From Balanoglossus misakiensis (Eukaryota; Animalia; Hemichordata): a stretch of 64,000 nt of DNA. The stretch is taken from contig CM082591.2 of NCBI GenBank assembly GCA_040954595.2, positions 4,511,957 through 4,575,956 on the forward strand, read 5' to 3'. Below are positions 26,839-39,729 of this stretch, in pieces; position 1 is the first letter of the stretch; every line of letters begins with the position of its first letter. Both the position numbers and the translations under genes were made by a program. Below the pieces are notes generated by a model, which saw nothing but the letters and a program-made list of their open reading frames with translations, was not told the origin of the DNA and did no database searches.

Positions 26839-27725
26839 TTGATTAGTTGAATAATCAATAAATCGCTGAACCAGCACAATGGGACAAGCTTTCAAAACAT
26901 TTCCTTATATGTAGGTCAGTCATGATAAATCTTCTTCATGAGATTAGTTGCGTGTCTCAAGCGGTCATCTGTCACAGCAGTAGAATTTGTCATGTCACAG
27001 TGAGATCAAAAGGCCATGTCGTGATTGGAGGAGTCACTTGCTGTAGATCACAGTGCGGTTCTGAAAATGTGAGTGTCGATCGGCACGTTGCTGTTCAAAT
27101 AAGATTGACACACTGCCGGTCGAATCAATGTGCCCATACATTTCACTTTCAGTTTAATCACAATAGTTTGCAGAGGCCGTGCTTTATTCTGTGTCTTTAT
27201 TAGAAAATCGTGCGACTGGATAGTAATAACTTCCTGTCTACCCGCCAGAGACGTTTTCCTGTGATAAAATTTGCATAAAGTAAAGCGGCAGAAATACGGA
27301 AGTGTCGCGTAAAAACGTGGTGAATGACTTGTAAGCCCACACCAGTGATGCTTCGGGAATATCACATTGGATTATCACCTGCCAAAATATTGATTGTGTG
27401 TGGGTTGTTTCTTGAGTAAAATGTCAAAGTTAGCACGGCTACAACATTTTTGGGGATTACAGTAATACTATAAGAAGTCGTGATTATGCCATGTGTGTTT
27501 TATATCTGTGCGAAACATGAGATGAATGTTTCTGTTTGGTAATTGCACTATATGTACATGTATGAAGTATTCATACTTCAGTGCAACTTTTTCCACATTG
27601 TACAATCTTTATTATGGTATACACAGGAAATAAGGAACTGTTGGATTCAGAATGCAAAACTTCAGTTAAAATGCGTCTTGTGGCAGGATCTGTCGTCTGT
27701 CAATACTTCACACCATGCGCGAGGT

Positions 27726-27784
27726 CATTGACCTGTGATGACCTGAACACCTGACAGTCTTCGTGAGGTCATCGTAGGTCGGTG
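27726..27784 (+). other. 59-nt inverted repeat/hairpin with a 19-bp stem
   Basis: CATTGACCTGTGATGACCT (27726-27744) pairs with AGGTCATCGTAGGTCGGTG (27766-27784). On a + strand RNA this gives 15 Watson-Crick and 4 G-U pairs around a 21-nt loop. Confidence 0.75.
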
Positions 27785-30700
27785 TTTAATGGCCACAGTG
27801 GAAGGGCTATTGAATTCCTGATGGGGTCTTCTTGTTGGACTGTTGTTTCAGGGTCATGTAGTCTCATTTAATACAGGATTTCATAACAGGATTTTGGTTG
27901 AGGAATGACCCAGTGGTCGACAGACAACAGACTGAGCCATAAATATTCTTTTCAGAGTCCCTTGATAGGTGGGGCCTAGCACTGCACCTGTTGTAAGAAT
28001 AGACAGAGAAAATCATAAATCTGTCGTGCGACGTGAAGTTATTTTAGAACTCTTCCATCTCGTGCACAAATTTATCAGTCGTGGCAGTCTGAGCAAGATA
28101 ATTGTTTCCCGAAATTCTGTCTGAGAATTGTCAGCACTTTGTTATCAGCAAGACTTCAGTGCAAATACCGAAAGCCTAAATCAATCTACGAATGAACACT
28201 TATTTCGTTTTCATTGGAATGTACACATTTGTTCGAGGACAACGAACTCCATCAGCAAGATTGCCGACTGAAGATTTTCCAGCAAGTTAGGGGAGATGGA
28301 TGGTACATGCACCGTGATTGGCCAAAGCTCTTGTCTTCCGTAAAAATATTCTAATTTGCTGACAGGGCCACCTAGGACAGTGATGGAATTTCACCGAAAG
28401 TGGCCTGAATACATTTTTGATGTTGCGTTAACTTCCCGTAAGATCTCTTCGACCTGCGATAATTTATTCATGACTTTGCGAATTAGTGACAGTTGTTATA
28501 ATGTTCATAACGGCTCTATAAAAAAACTGATTAATATTTGATGCCTGTAGAAATTAGTTGATTATGACAGCTAAAGGTTTATTAGGGGCGGCTTGTCAGT
28601 GGGATTAGACGTTTGAAACGACAAGATATGATTAATTGAACTCACTTATAATTCGATCCATTATTTAATTTCGGTTCTGATGTAGAATATAATGCCTTGT
28701 GACAAGTTGCAATAATCAAGCTCACAAGATTATTATTGCCGTAATACCACGGACAACCACAAAATGCCACAAATGAACTGTGAGGGGGCTAGTCACTGCT
28801 AACCCCACTGATTTCACCAAGGCACATTGTATCATCATGCTGACCCTGGTAGTCAATTGTGGAAGCCTGTCTTTGAATAAACATATCCATGCCATCAAAA
28901 ATTGCCAAAAATACTCGCGACTGTTATGTCAGCTTGTTGATACTGTTTATCTTCTCAGCAATCAAGTGCGTCACTAAAAAATAACAGCTTTGAGTGAAAG
29001 GGAAATGAACTAGTCCATTTGACGTCTGTCAAGTTTACAAAACCTGAGATAGTTTTACTGCAAATTGTAGGGCTCGATGTCTAGCCTGCAGTCATCCTTG
29101 GGTTGAGTTTATCACCAGATTTGTTTTACTCCAGAAGAGGGAATTGTCCCAGCTTACATTAACTCTAATCGGCATTGGTATTGCAGGAATGTGGGATATG
29201 TACGTGCAATGAAACAGTCAAAGAGTGAAAGTTACTTATATTCGGCTGAGAATTACATGCAGCAAGAGCAAAGGTTGATTGAAAGCGGTTTAAAAAATCT
29301 TGTGAGGATGTACAGTGATGCAGTCATTGTGACTGGTGGTAGAAAGGTGTTACTGTCTAATAGACTGTTCACTATGTGGAATTTCACACCAATTGACTGC
29401 TCTAGTTTACGGTCCTACTGGTGTCTGTAAAAACAGGACTTGTATGCCAATGACTCTTGCCATACCAGGCACAAGGGATCAGTTTGTGATGGTGTATTTT
29501 ACAGAGGTCACTAGAAAGAGTGAGGTCTAGGTAAAGTTTGTAGGACTGCAGTGTAACTGATCGACGTGAATTTACAGAGAACAGCTGTGCGACAAGATGT
29601 CTGGTAAAAATGTCTAGACAACAAATGGTTATTTTTGAAGGAAACTTCGCAAAATGGATAAAACATTTGCCAGGGAGACAGACATCAGCGTTTTTAAAAT
29701 TTTAAAATGGAACTGAAGGACCCTAGTGAAAGCGGAAAGAGTTATCTTTCCCAGTTACTTTATCGGCTGGAAATGGTCCTTGTCAGCTGCTGAAGGCCAC
29801 ATCTGGCCTTTATCCCTATCCCTGATCTGTTGCAAGGACACTATAATACAAGGCAATTCAGCAAAATAACATTCTACCAAAAAGTCTTGGTACATTACAT
29901 GTTACTTGTATGTGTCTAGTGGTCTTTGGGGCTTGGAAGATGCGAAATTTCGCTTCAGATTTCCGGAGTGACAAAAGTTTTGTTACTGCGCATTCTATTG
30001 CTGCAAGTTTTGCCGAACAGACATAAAACGGCCTTGTGGGGGGAGTTATACTACTTAAAATTCTTGCCTGGCTTTTTGAAGTATCTGAATTCCTAATGTG
30101 TATATTTTGCCGCGGTCTGTAAAAGTCTTATCGTAGAGAACGTTGGAACTTAGCATTACAGAGCCAGCCACGAAGTTGGCAACGCAGACCAAATGGCTGA
30201 GTACTTCAAGTCTCATCCTCCGGTATTTTAATGAGTTTGGGGGATCTCCACGGGGTTATAACTTTTTCTGATATGTAGTTGGCAGTCTGTATACAAAAGT
30301 TTGTTCAGATATTTGGCTTTACATGACCTTTCTGTTGATAATCTGCGCAAATATTCAAATAAAACAATGCCTTGGGCCTAATTGAGAACACTCTTTAGAA
30401 TATAGTTTATTTGTGCTATAAATTTGAAAACAAGAATATCTACTTCATAACATCATACTGCACTGGTGAAAAATCGTGTTTTTTATTGAAGGAAGTTTAT
30501 TCAAATGAACACAAGCTCTAAAAACCTATAAACACAGTAATAATGTGAACTCTGACAGTTAGAGATAACTAAGAAAATTGATATAAACTGAATGCCACAC
30601 AAATGAAAGTCCATCGTCAGAGGACTTGAAACTATATATCGCCCTCTGGTGTTCAAACTTGTGTTTTGTCCATCACCTCTTGGGGCGGTACTGATAAACT

Positions 30701-31216
30701 TTCCAGCAGGCATATGAAAGTTGATAGAAAGTTGGAAAAAGCAATGACAAAAGTAATCATGTTTGGTTGAAGTGAAAGTAAAAAGTTTATGAATATTTTT
30801 ACAAAATGACTTATTTTTAAACAGGTTTTGTCAAATATCAAGATGGCTATCCAAGTGTTCTTTCTATATTTTTGTATTTCTTATTTCCATAAATTTTGTT
30901 TAACAGTTCCATTAATTTCTTAAATTTATTTGCATTTTGCTAATTATGTTTCTCCTATTTTCTTGTCTCTTCCATGACTGTGACTGATGTCTCCTGCAAT
31001 CTCTTTGGATATATCTGCTGCCCCCTATTGTCACTTCATGAAAACAGGTCAGTCAAACGTCTTATGTCTTAAATGTTGTCGAGTGTAGAATGATAGAATT
31101 TGTGACGTGTTTGTTGTGATGTGTGATTGTGTTTTATTGAAAAATAAACTTGAACTGTTGGTGTGGTGTGTTTATGGTGTGTGTGTGTATGCACCTGTGT
31201 GTGTTTGGGAGATATA

Positions 31217-31373
31217 CTGTAAAACAGGAAATTTTCACGAACAATCAATTTTTGCAAACATTGCGAGAGCAAAAAAAACACCACAATAATAGTCGCAAAA
31301 AGAACAATGTGACAAAGAGAATATGAAAATTAATCGTCGCGTGTTGATATCGCGAAAACTTCATGTTTTACAG
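31217..31373. mobile_element. 157-bp Tc1/mariner-superfamily MITE (CTGTA termini, TA TSD)
   Basis: TA|CTGTAAAACAGGAAATTTTCACGA versus the reverse complement of the right end, TA|CTGTAAAACATGAAGTTTTCGCGA (23/26 including TA). TA lies at 31215-31216 and 31374-31375. Confidence 0.85.
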
Positions 31374-31605
31374 TATCTATTGCTCTTCAGATGTTGCCAT
31401 GTAATCTTGACACATTTCCCCGTACATATGAAAATTTAATGGCAAGTATCGTGCAGATTGATACAAAGTGTGTTACACAGGAAATGTGGGGGAGTATCAC
31501 ATGACTTGTGATTACATGAAAGCATGTTTGCTGTGATGGTCTCCGGGATAATCTTTTACATTCCTGGAATTGGAAACGGCTCCTTGAAAAGCTACTAAAG
31601 TCCTG

Positions 31606-32563
31606 GAAATATGGAATGGACAAGTCTTGAAAAATTGATCTGGTCATTTTACATGGCTACAAACTGTCCATGATCACAAAAAAGTTGGCAAAATTACTGC
31701 TTTTTTACTCATGGAAAATAGTGACTTTAACCTGTGACAGCGACGGGCAGGGAAATCACTAGTGAACACCTAAGACAGGCCAGTCATGACTTTGAGAGTA
31801 TGAACGTAGGGATTGAAATCACTCAAAGTGCATATTGGGGTCAGAAATATGGAATGGACAACTCTTGAAAAATTGATCTAGTCATTTTACATGGCTACAA
31901 ACTGTCCATGATCACAAAAAAAAGTTGGCAAAATTACTGCTCTTTTACTCATGGAAAATGGTGATTTTAACCTGTGACAGCGACGGGCAGGGAAATCACT
32001 AGTGGACACCTAAGACAGGCCAGTCCTGACTTTGAGAGTATGAACATAGGGATTGAAATCAGTCAAAGTGCATATTGGGGTCAGAAATATGGAATGGACA
32101 AGTCTTGAAAAATTGATCTAGTCATTTTACGTGGCTACAAAGTGTCCATGATCACAAAAAGAAGTTGGCAAAATTACTGCTTTTTTACTCATGGAAAATG
32201 GTGACTTTAACCTGTGACAGCGACGGGCAGGGAAATCACTAGTGGACACGTAAGACAGGCCAGTCCTGACTTTGAGAGTATGAACATCGGGATTGAAATC
32301 AGTCAAAGTGCATATTGGGGTCAGAAATATGGAGTGGACAAGTCTTGAAAAATTGATCTGGTCATTTTACATGGCTACAAACTGTCCATGATCACAAAAA
32401 GAAGTTGGCAAAATTACTGCTTTCTTACTCATGGAATATGGTGACTTTAACCTGTGACAGCGACGGGCAGGGAAATCACTAGTGAACACGTAAGACAGGC
32501 CAGTCATGACTTTGAGAGTATGAACGCAGGGATTGAAATCAGTCAAAGTGCATATTGGGGTCA
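31606..32563. repeat. Tandem array of four ~240-bp units
   Basis: Units start GAAATATGGA(A/G)TGGACAA at 31606, 31844, 32084 and 32324 and end GCATATTGGGGTCA. Only a handful of differences between units. No ORF of 60 aa or more lies within the array. Confidence 0.98.
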
Positions 32564-33060
32564 GCTTCCTTTAATGTAATGATGTTTTATGCAAATTGGG
32601 CTAATTTCTGAGCCTGGAAACAAGTCACGCAGACACGATACTATATCTGTGTGATTGTAACCATACCCAGGGGTACATTAAAAGTGTGATAAATGTTAGA
32701 ATATAATGATGATGCAAATGGCGCAAACTGTTTCAATTCTGAATGTCACCTGACCGGAATACTAAAGTGTGAATATGTGAATCTGTTAATTGAATATTTG
32801 TCACTGTTAGGTCATAATCGATCTGGGGAGATTTTTTTTTGCCAGTTGGTGGCGTCAGCAGGGATGAGGTAGATTGAACACTTGACGTCAAGAAATGATG
32901 TCTGTCTGTTGTGCTTGTTACTAAGCTTGACTTGAATGAGAGTGTACACAAGTGCTGTTGTATATGATTGATCTGAACAATTATTAGGATGAAAAGTTGA
33001 CATTTGACAGCAGGATTTTCTAAATGGAGAAGATGAGTGTGATTGAGAAGTTGGAAAGCT

Positions 33061-33084
33061 AGTAGCAGCAGCAGCAGTAGTAGT
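33061..33084. repeat. (AGC/AGT)n trinucleotide repeat
   Basis: AGTAGCAGCAGCAGCAGTAGTAGT. Confidence 0.85.
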
Positions 33085-35228
33085 GTACCAGTAGTTCTCA
33101 ATGTGTTCATGGGCTTTGATGAGGCTTAGACAGCAAAAGGTCAGCAGAAGTCAGGGGTACATGTATAATAAATGATATTCAACTGGTAATCAAGTGAGGT
33201 TCATGTATATTGAATGGTTTGTGGATAATTTATAATTGTCATTTTTTTTCAGAGTTAATTACAATCCAACAGGGTCAGTGAGTTAATTTTTCAGAAACCC
33301 AGGGAATTATTAAGTGTATTTGTAAGAATTGACACTCAGGATGTTTTTCGCCAAGGGCTAGGTCGCTTTGCAATTTATGTGACCTTTTGCAGAGGGGTCA
33401 GATCATTATGGTCAGATCAATGAACCAAATTGTTGCAAGTGGGTGGTGCACTAATATGTTTTGTAATTGGAGGAACGCCCCCATCCCTGTTAGAGTTAGT
33501 GCCACGAAGTTGCGTCGCAAAGTGTGCCTTCTGGCACACAGAAATTGTTAGCAGATGTTCAGAGAAGTCAACGTTTCCCCCTGCAAGGACATTCTCTGTG
33601 AATTCAATCTGATCAAATTCGGGTGATATTTGCACAGTAGGTTGAAGAATACGGTGTGTTATGCGGTTGAACTTTTTAAAAGCGAACGTGCATTATAATC
33701 TAACCAATTATATCTGACTTTTAGAAAGAGTAAAGAAGCATTGATTCGGCCAGCAATGGGATAACGGCGGGCTTTTCTCTTCGATTAAGACACCCTGGCC
33801 CTGGAGAAAAGTGATTTGGTATTTTAGCTCTATCCGGTTGACTTTTACTGCTAATTGGAAGATTGGGAAACTGATAGTTGTCATTTTTTCGTGTCATGTT
33901 TGTGCTGAGAAGCCAAACTGAGGCGGGCATGCTAGATGTCTCTCTTCTGCTGTGATCGGTTATTCATTTGATGTACACCTAAGGTATGATCGATGCATTC
34001 TGATCATAACAGATGACTATATACAGGAGGGGAGAATGAAAAGAGGAAACACTAACGTCACTCCCGGGCGATAAACCACAGTTCCTTCAATCGAAGTGAC
34101 ACCAACTATTCCGTGTCACACAAGGATCAGTCTCCTTGCCACTTATGCACCAGTTTCGTCGGCTAATTGAATATCCATCATTAAACGCCAAAGGGGGGCC
34201 AGATGCTAAGGTAGACAGCAGGTCTCATGGTGAATTCATCCTGCCCGGAAGGTAGATGGCACATGTGAATCCCCTGTTACTAGCCCCCTTCATAATTTTG
34301 GATCTGAACGTGTAAATAACGTGAGATCTTTTTATCAACCCAAAGCAGTGCAGTGAAATACAAAACTGTGTGGTTCACATCTACCCAGCCAATACTCTTA
34401 ATTTAAAAAAAAACTTCGCTCGATCTGTCAAATGCGTAGACGGCTAGCGGCACTGTCTGGGTATTGGCAGGTGAACCCGTGCGACAAACAGTGATTCAGA
34501 ATCAATACAATCGGAGACTGCTTCTGCATTCAAGGTGCACATGGCCCAAAAGTGCCGCAGATACACCATGATTGTCAAGTAAGATGTGTCGGGTAGGTAC
34601 CGGTAGTTGACGTGTGCAGCAGCAGAGAAACGTTTGGCTGTGCTAGAAGAGTTCACCCGCATGAGGTGAGAGAACTCGCTTAACTTTATGCCTGTCTCAC
34701 AATGTCAAGACTGTGGACTGGTACCCAAATGTTCACTTCTTTGGGTAAGTTACTTTTTAGCCAGATCAATTCATGTGTAACTTTCAGTATATTTTAATTA
34801 GTAACTGGGTATATTTTCAGTTGTTTGTCAAAAATAAGGGGAAAAGCTTTACAGAGGAAGAGTCTATTTCACTATCATGAGAGTTTGGAATACTTGAAGA
34901 TTGGCCTGTTCATCGCTTTTGATATGATATGTGTGAGCTGACTTGTGGGTGGTAGTTATGAAAATGACTCTGTAGCCAAAAGCAGGGATCAGATTCTCTC
35001 AGAACTGTTGCCATGGTGATAGTGAAAATTGCACATTTTAGGAAGATACTTCACTGCATGCACTGCTGGCAGTGGGAGATTTGGTTCAATGGCCAAGGAA
35101 GTTTGAAATTTCTGACATACATGGCAATTTATTTTCACGGTGATATAGGCCAATATATCTATTATTTAACGTACAGTGAAGATAAGCTTACATTTTCCTT
35201 ACAGCAGTGTCAGCCAGGCAGACAACAT

Positions 35229-35304
35229 TTAACCCTTTCACCCCTGTTTACATATGTAGGCGTCCATGTGTAATATGGAAAACATTGAATTTGTATCAAA
35301 AGCC
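35229..35304 (+). mobile_element. Truncated, diverged copy of the TTAA/piggyBac-type MITE
   Basis: TTAACCCTTTCACCCCT followed by GTCC, GAAAA and ATTTG blocks colinear with the 57702 element. The right TIR is missing at the expected distance. Confidence 0.55.
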
Positions 35305-38300
35305 ACATTCAATTTCTTAATCCAAGCATGTGATATGTACAGTGTATTTCAAGTCGAGAAAGAATTGTCCGGTTATGACTTAAGATACTGCTCTGATGCA
35401 AATTAGTCTCTTTGACAAAAATAGCTCTTGCGATGGTGAGAGTGTTAAAATATTTCAGTGAGGAAGATATGTGATTGATGTAATTCCACTGTGAGATACT
35501 AAAAATCGTTAGAGGTTGCAAATTGATGGAATATTATGTAGTACTGGTAACCGGTATGAAGATGGATTAATAGACATGTCCACGCAGTTGGTCACTCACA
35601 GTCACACATGCTTGTATAGATGTCTGTAAAACGGATGGCATTCACCTGTTCACAGCGCCGCTACGTGTACTGAAGGGTTGTTTTGTATTCACGGGGTTTC
35701 GTCTATTTCCACAACAAAGAGCAATCAGACATATTATTACGCAGAGGAAACAGTTGAAAACCCCACTAGAATGGGAATACTGAGGGAGACTTCCGACATC
35801 AACTGAATGTGTGATGGTGGGGTACGTGAGCTGGGTGTTAAATTAGGCGGAGCACGCCAGGTTTGATTGTAATGGATGGCTGTGTGCAGTGAAAGTGAGC
35901 ACCCAAAGACTGCAAGTATAGACACAGACATGTTATGAATGAAGGTAAAAATGGCAAATACTTGAAATACATGTATACATATGAAAAAATTTCTCAAAAT
36001 AAAAACGAGCAGTTGTGATGGTGAGGAGTTTGTTCAGTTGGTACATCATACCGGTACTTCTCCTTTGGAAAGTGTAATGGCCACTGAGACGGCAAAATCA
36101 ATATTCTCGTCCTCACTTTCAAACATCGTTATCTGTTGTGGTTTTACAACTATGACAGTCATTCAACACAAATTAGGTTATATCAATGTTAGCTAATGTT
36201 TCTGTACCATTAGGTGATTTTCTTGCGTAGTAACGCTTGTGTTTTGTCACTTTATGACCTCGCGGATAGAATCCAATTGTTTGTCTTGGCGTTCACAGTA
36301 AAATTATGATCTTAGTTATGAAAGGGGTGGAATTCAGCAACTGGCCAGAGGTTGGAGCTGAAACAAGCAACCTTTTATAAATATAACCATATATATAACC
36401 AAGCAGAACGTGATAATTTCATACATACGCAATCATGCAAAATTAGTTTACTAGCGATTTCTGATAAAAGGTCAGGAGAAATTAGCCACTCTGCATTTCA
36501 AGCGATGCCGACATAAGTTCATCTAATATTCATAAGTGACCAAGTGGCTCTGCTAAGCTGTTGACCTCGTCGAGGAGGGAACGGGGACGTCTGAGAAACG
36601 ACCCTGCTCCTGAAGACGTCAGAGGGGAGAAGAGCACTTGCATTTGGAAAATAAAATAATATTAAGCCGAAATGAGTAATGGCCTTTATGCAGAATTGAG
36701 AAAGAGAAGTCATTAGAAAATGAGAATTTGAATTTTAAGAAGGATTTAGTTGCATTCCGAAATGTGGCGGCAGTAAATCATAGCAAGTATCGTAACCCCC
36801 TGTAGGTGAAACATGCTCATGTACTTTACATGCTCTGTGGATGCTGCTTGAATTTCAAATGTTTGCCACCCACTTAGCTTACAAATGTAATCACTCTTCC
36901 GTGACAAATTCTATCATTGCCAGTGTCAAGTTCACAGATTAGGGAAATTTGCTGGGCATCGGCGGTTGGACTGCGTGGAAAAACGAGAAACTGTAATTAT
37001 TAATCCTTAGCTCGCGAAAGTTGTAAATAAACTCAGCGGCAGGTGTTGTCGTAAATCGTTATGAAATTCAGCGGAAGAGTACCCCTAGCTTATTAATTGT
37101 TGATCATGTTCAGTGGAGAATCGCACACAGAATTCTGCGCAAAGCATCAAATTTTGTTTTGAGTTTTGATGCCAAAATTAGATAATTGTAATTTTGTAGA
37201 TTTTAATACCAGATAGAGGGAGGCTTTACTTGCTCCAGTTCAGATCAGCATACACGAGTGAAAAACTTTCAGAAATAATTAAATTGTTACTTGATGTATC
37301 CTAAAAATAGATCATCTGTAGCAGTCAAAGAAGGCTTGCTGCAGTAAATTTTGCAGGAATATAAAGAATGATAGACGACCAGGTTGAAGTAAATTCTACA
37401 TCGTATACGGAAAAAGAATCTACAGGAGAGCAGAGGGTTCAAATTTTTTAAATAAATCACATGGCATGTCCGTGATATTACACAGTGTTGGACAAATCGA
37501 CCGACATCTCTCGTGTTTGAATTGTGGACGGAAAATGACTTCATTTGTCTTAGTTTAGAGTGCATTTGCGTGTTCATCTCGAAATGAACAAACTGCATTA
37601 AAGCGAACATCAATATTTCACGCCTGAATTGACGTTTGAAGCATTAGATGCTGGAGACCGAGCCAGGCTGGTGGTTCAGTATGAAATGAAAGCTGTAATG
37701 AAAATTGTAGTCATTTAGACAAGAGAGAAAGGTATACTGGTAATGTGATAAACAGCATGGGCGGTTCGGTTCTGCAGCATACACGGAGGGATTGCATTTG
37801 CAAATTATTTTGGTCAATTTGAATGGGAAGATACTTAAGTAGAATGATGTTGATGGTAAACACTTAATAAAGGGGGCTATACATGCGCACTGAGTTCGGC
37901 AACCCCACAGGGAGTTTGGTAGCTATAGACTTTAATACTAATATGATAACATATGATGGCTATGATGAGCTGAGTATCTGGTACGCCATGATTGATGATT
38001 CTGTTCCACCATGATGCCAGCGGATGAAAGCTGCAGGAAGTGTGCGTTAACGACAACAACATGAAGAGACGATCTGGACAGGATCAGGATAGAAATTGCT
38101 GTCAGGTAATGGAAAGGGAGGGTGTGCTCCGTCTAGTGGGTTGATTCCTGGGAATATTCCCAGTTTTCCAATTATGTGCAGTAGGATTATGAGAGAGATG
38201 CCATGCTTAAGGTGGTATAATAAGCGGGTTTGTTTCAATGAATGCAGTCTAGCAAGACTCAAGCTTATATTGATTGACCAACTGAACATGCACATGTACG

Positions 38301-39547
38301 GGTAGAGATCTTATTTTGTTACCTAGCAATGAGAAACATTGGGAACTTAATTGCAGTAATATTAGTGCAGAAACATACTTAAGTTGATTATGTAGTAATT
38401 ATAGCGTGAATTTATTATTCCTTTGGAGAGTAGTTCTAGGTGGATTCATAAACTGCAGGACTATGTGTAAACAGCGGTGTTAACGGTCACAAACCGATTC
38501 TGATTGCTTTGATTAAATTTGCAAAGTGTGGACAGTTGATATTGTCTGGTTCATTGTTTACCTCGGAAGTCGTAGTCTGGAATATGGCCTTGCAAGTGGT
38601 GTCGCCGACTCCTGCAGGTGTTGATTCTTACTGAACAGTCGCATATCCCGGCATTGTGGGGTCAACGTTTAGTTAGCCTGCTCGTTCTAGGAACCCTTAT
38701 CAGAATGTATGCTTGACTCTGCACAAGGTAGATGAACTGAAGCCCATAATTGATCAGACAACCGATGTGACTTTTGTTCAAATCTACCTCATCTGTGTAT
38801 TCTCGTCCCATAATGCTGTGTGGTGGTGCCGTGAGGCTGATTTCGGGTCGTATGCGATGTATCAGAAAATGTTATATCCCAGAAATGATAACATGTATAG
38901 ATAGAGAGAAGCCAATGTTCTCATTTACTGAAATTTTTGACTGTATGGAAATTTAGCAGTAACAGCCATGAGACATAATGTAGTGCTCGCGGAAAAATGT
39001 AAATGATCTCGTAAGTCATAAATTTCCATATTAACCATGTGATTATCATGTGCCAATTAAGTTAAATTAAACTTCATTTGATTTAAAACTGCCTGCCATG
39101 AACTTGTGGTGAAAAAAAACTAATTTCAGTAGTGTTAACTGAAATTTTGAATAGAAAAATAAGAGTACATGTTCTTTCAGTTGCATTGGTATGCATATTG
39201 ACGGTCTCTGTCATCGCCATAAGTCTAGTCAATTTGTCATTCCCTGAAATTTATTTTTCCTTCCGTTGTCTTATTAACCTTAGAGTCAGTCTGCGTACTC
39301 CCTGGGTACCCTACAGCGTTGCAGACACCTCCAATAGGGACATCTGTTGTCTCAAATTCCCTTATTCTTCTAATGCATTTAGCACAGAATTTTTACAACG
39401 CTGGGCAAATTCAATTGCACCAACTGACGTCGAATTGTCTATTCACAATTTTTCCTTCATCAATTTTGAAAACACACAAACCTGTAAATCGTTGCAAATA
39501 GTAGAATACTAAACTCTGACTGTGTTCAACATTCAAGTTCGCAATTA

Positions 39548-39729
39548 CCGTTAAAGTCATTTTATAAGACGCACCTTTTTTGAGTGACAGTGTGTGCTGA
39601 AAAGGGGGTGCGACTTATAATACCAATGTTCTGTTGTATTCATTTCCTTAAAATCTCCTCCCAAACAAGTCTTTCAAAGAAGGGGTGCGACTTATAATAC
39701 CGCTGCGACTTATAAAATGACTTTAACGG
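39548..39729. mobile_element. 182-bp Tc1/mariner-superfamily (Tc2/pogo-like) MITE
   Basis: 26-bp TIR CCGTTAAAGTCATTTTATAAG(A/T)CGCA with one mismatch. TA TSD at 39546-39547 and 39730-39731. Internal 20-bp direct repeat GGGGTGCGACTTATAATACC at 39605 and 39682. Confidence 0.93.

Noticed and set aside
28741-28762. ACCACGGACA resembling a REST RE1 site
   Set aside because: The left half-site (TTCAGC) is absent, leaving only about 12 of 20 positions matching.
9296-32563. Tandem arrays as CRISPR or coding repeats
   Set aside because: The units are contiguous with no unique spacers, there are no cas genes, and the 240-bp unit has stops in the frames checked.
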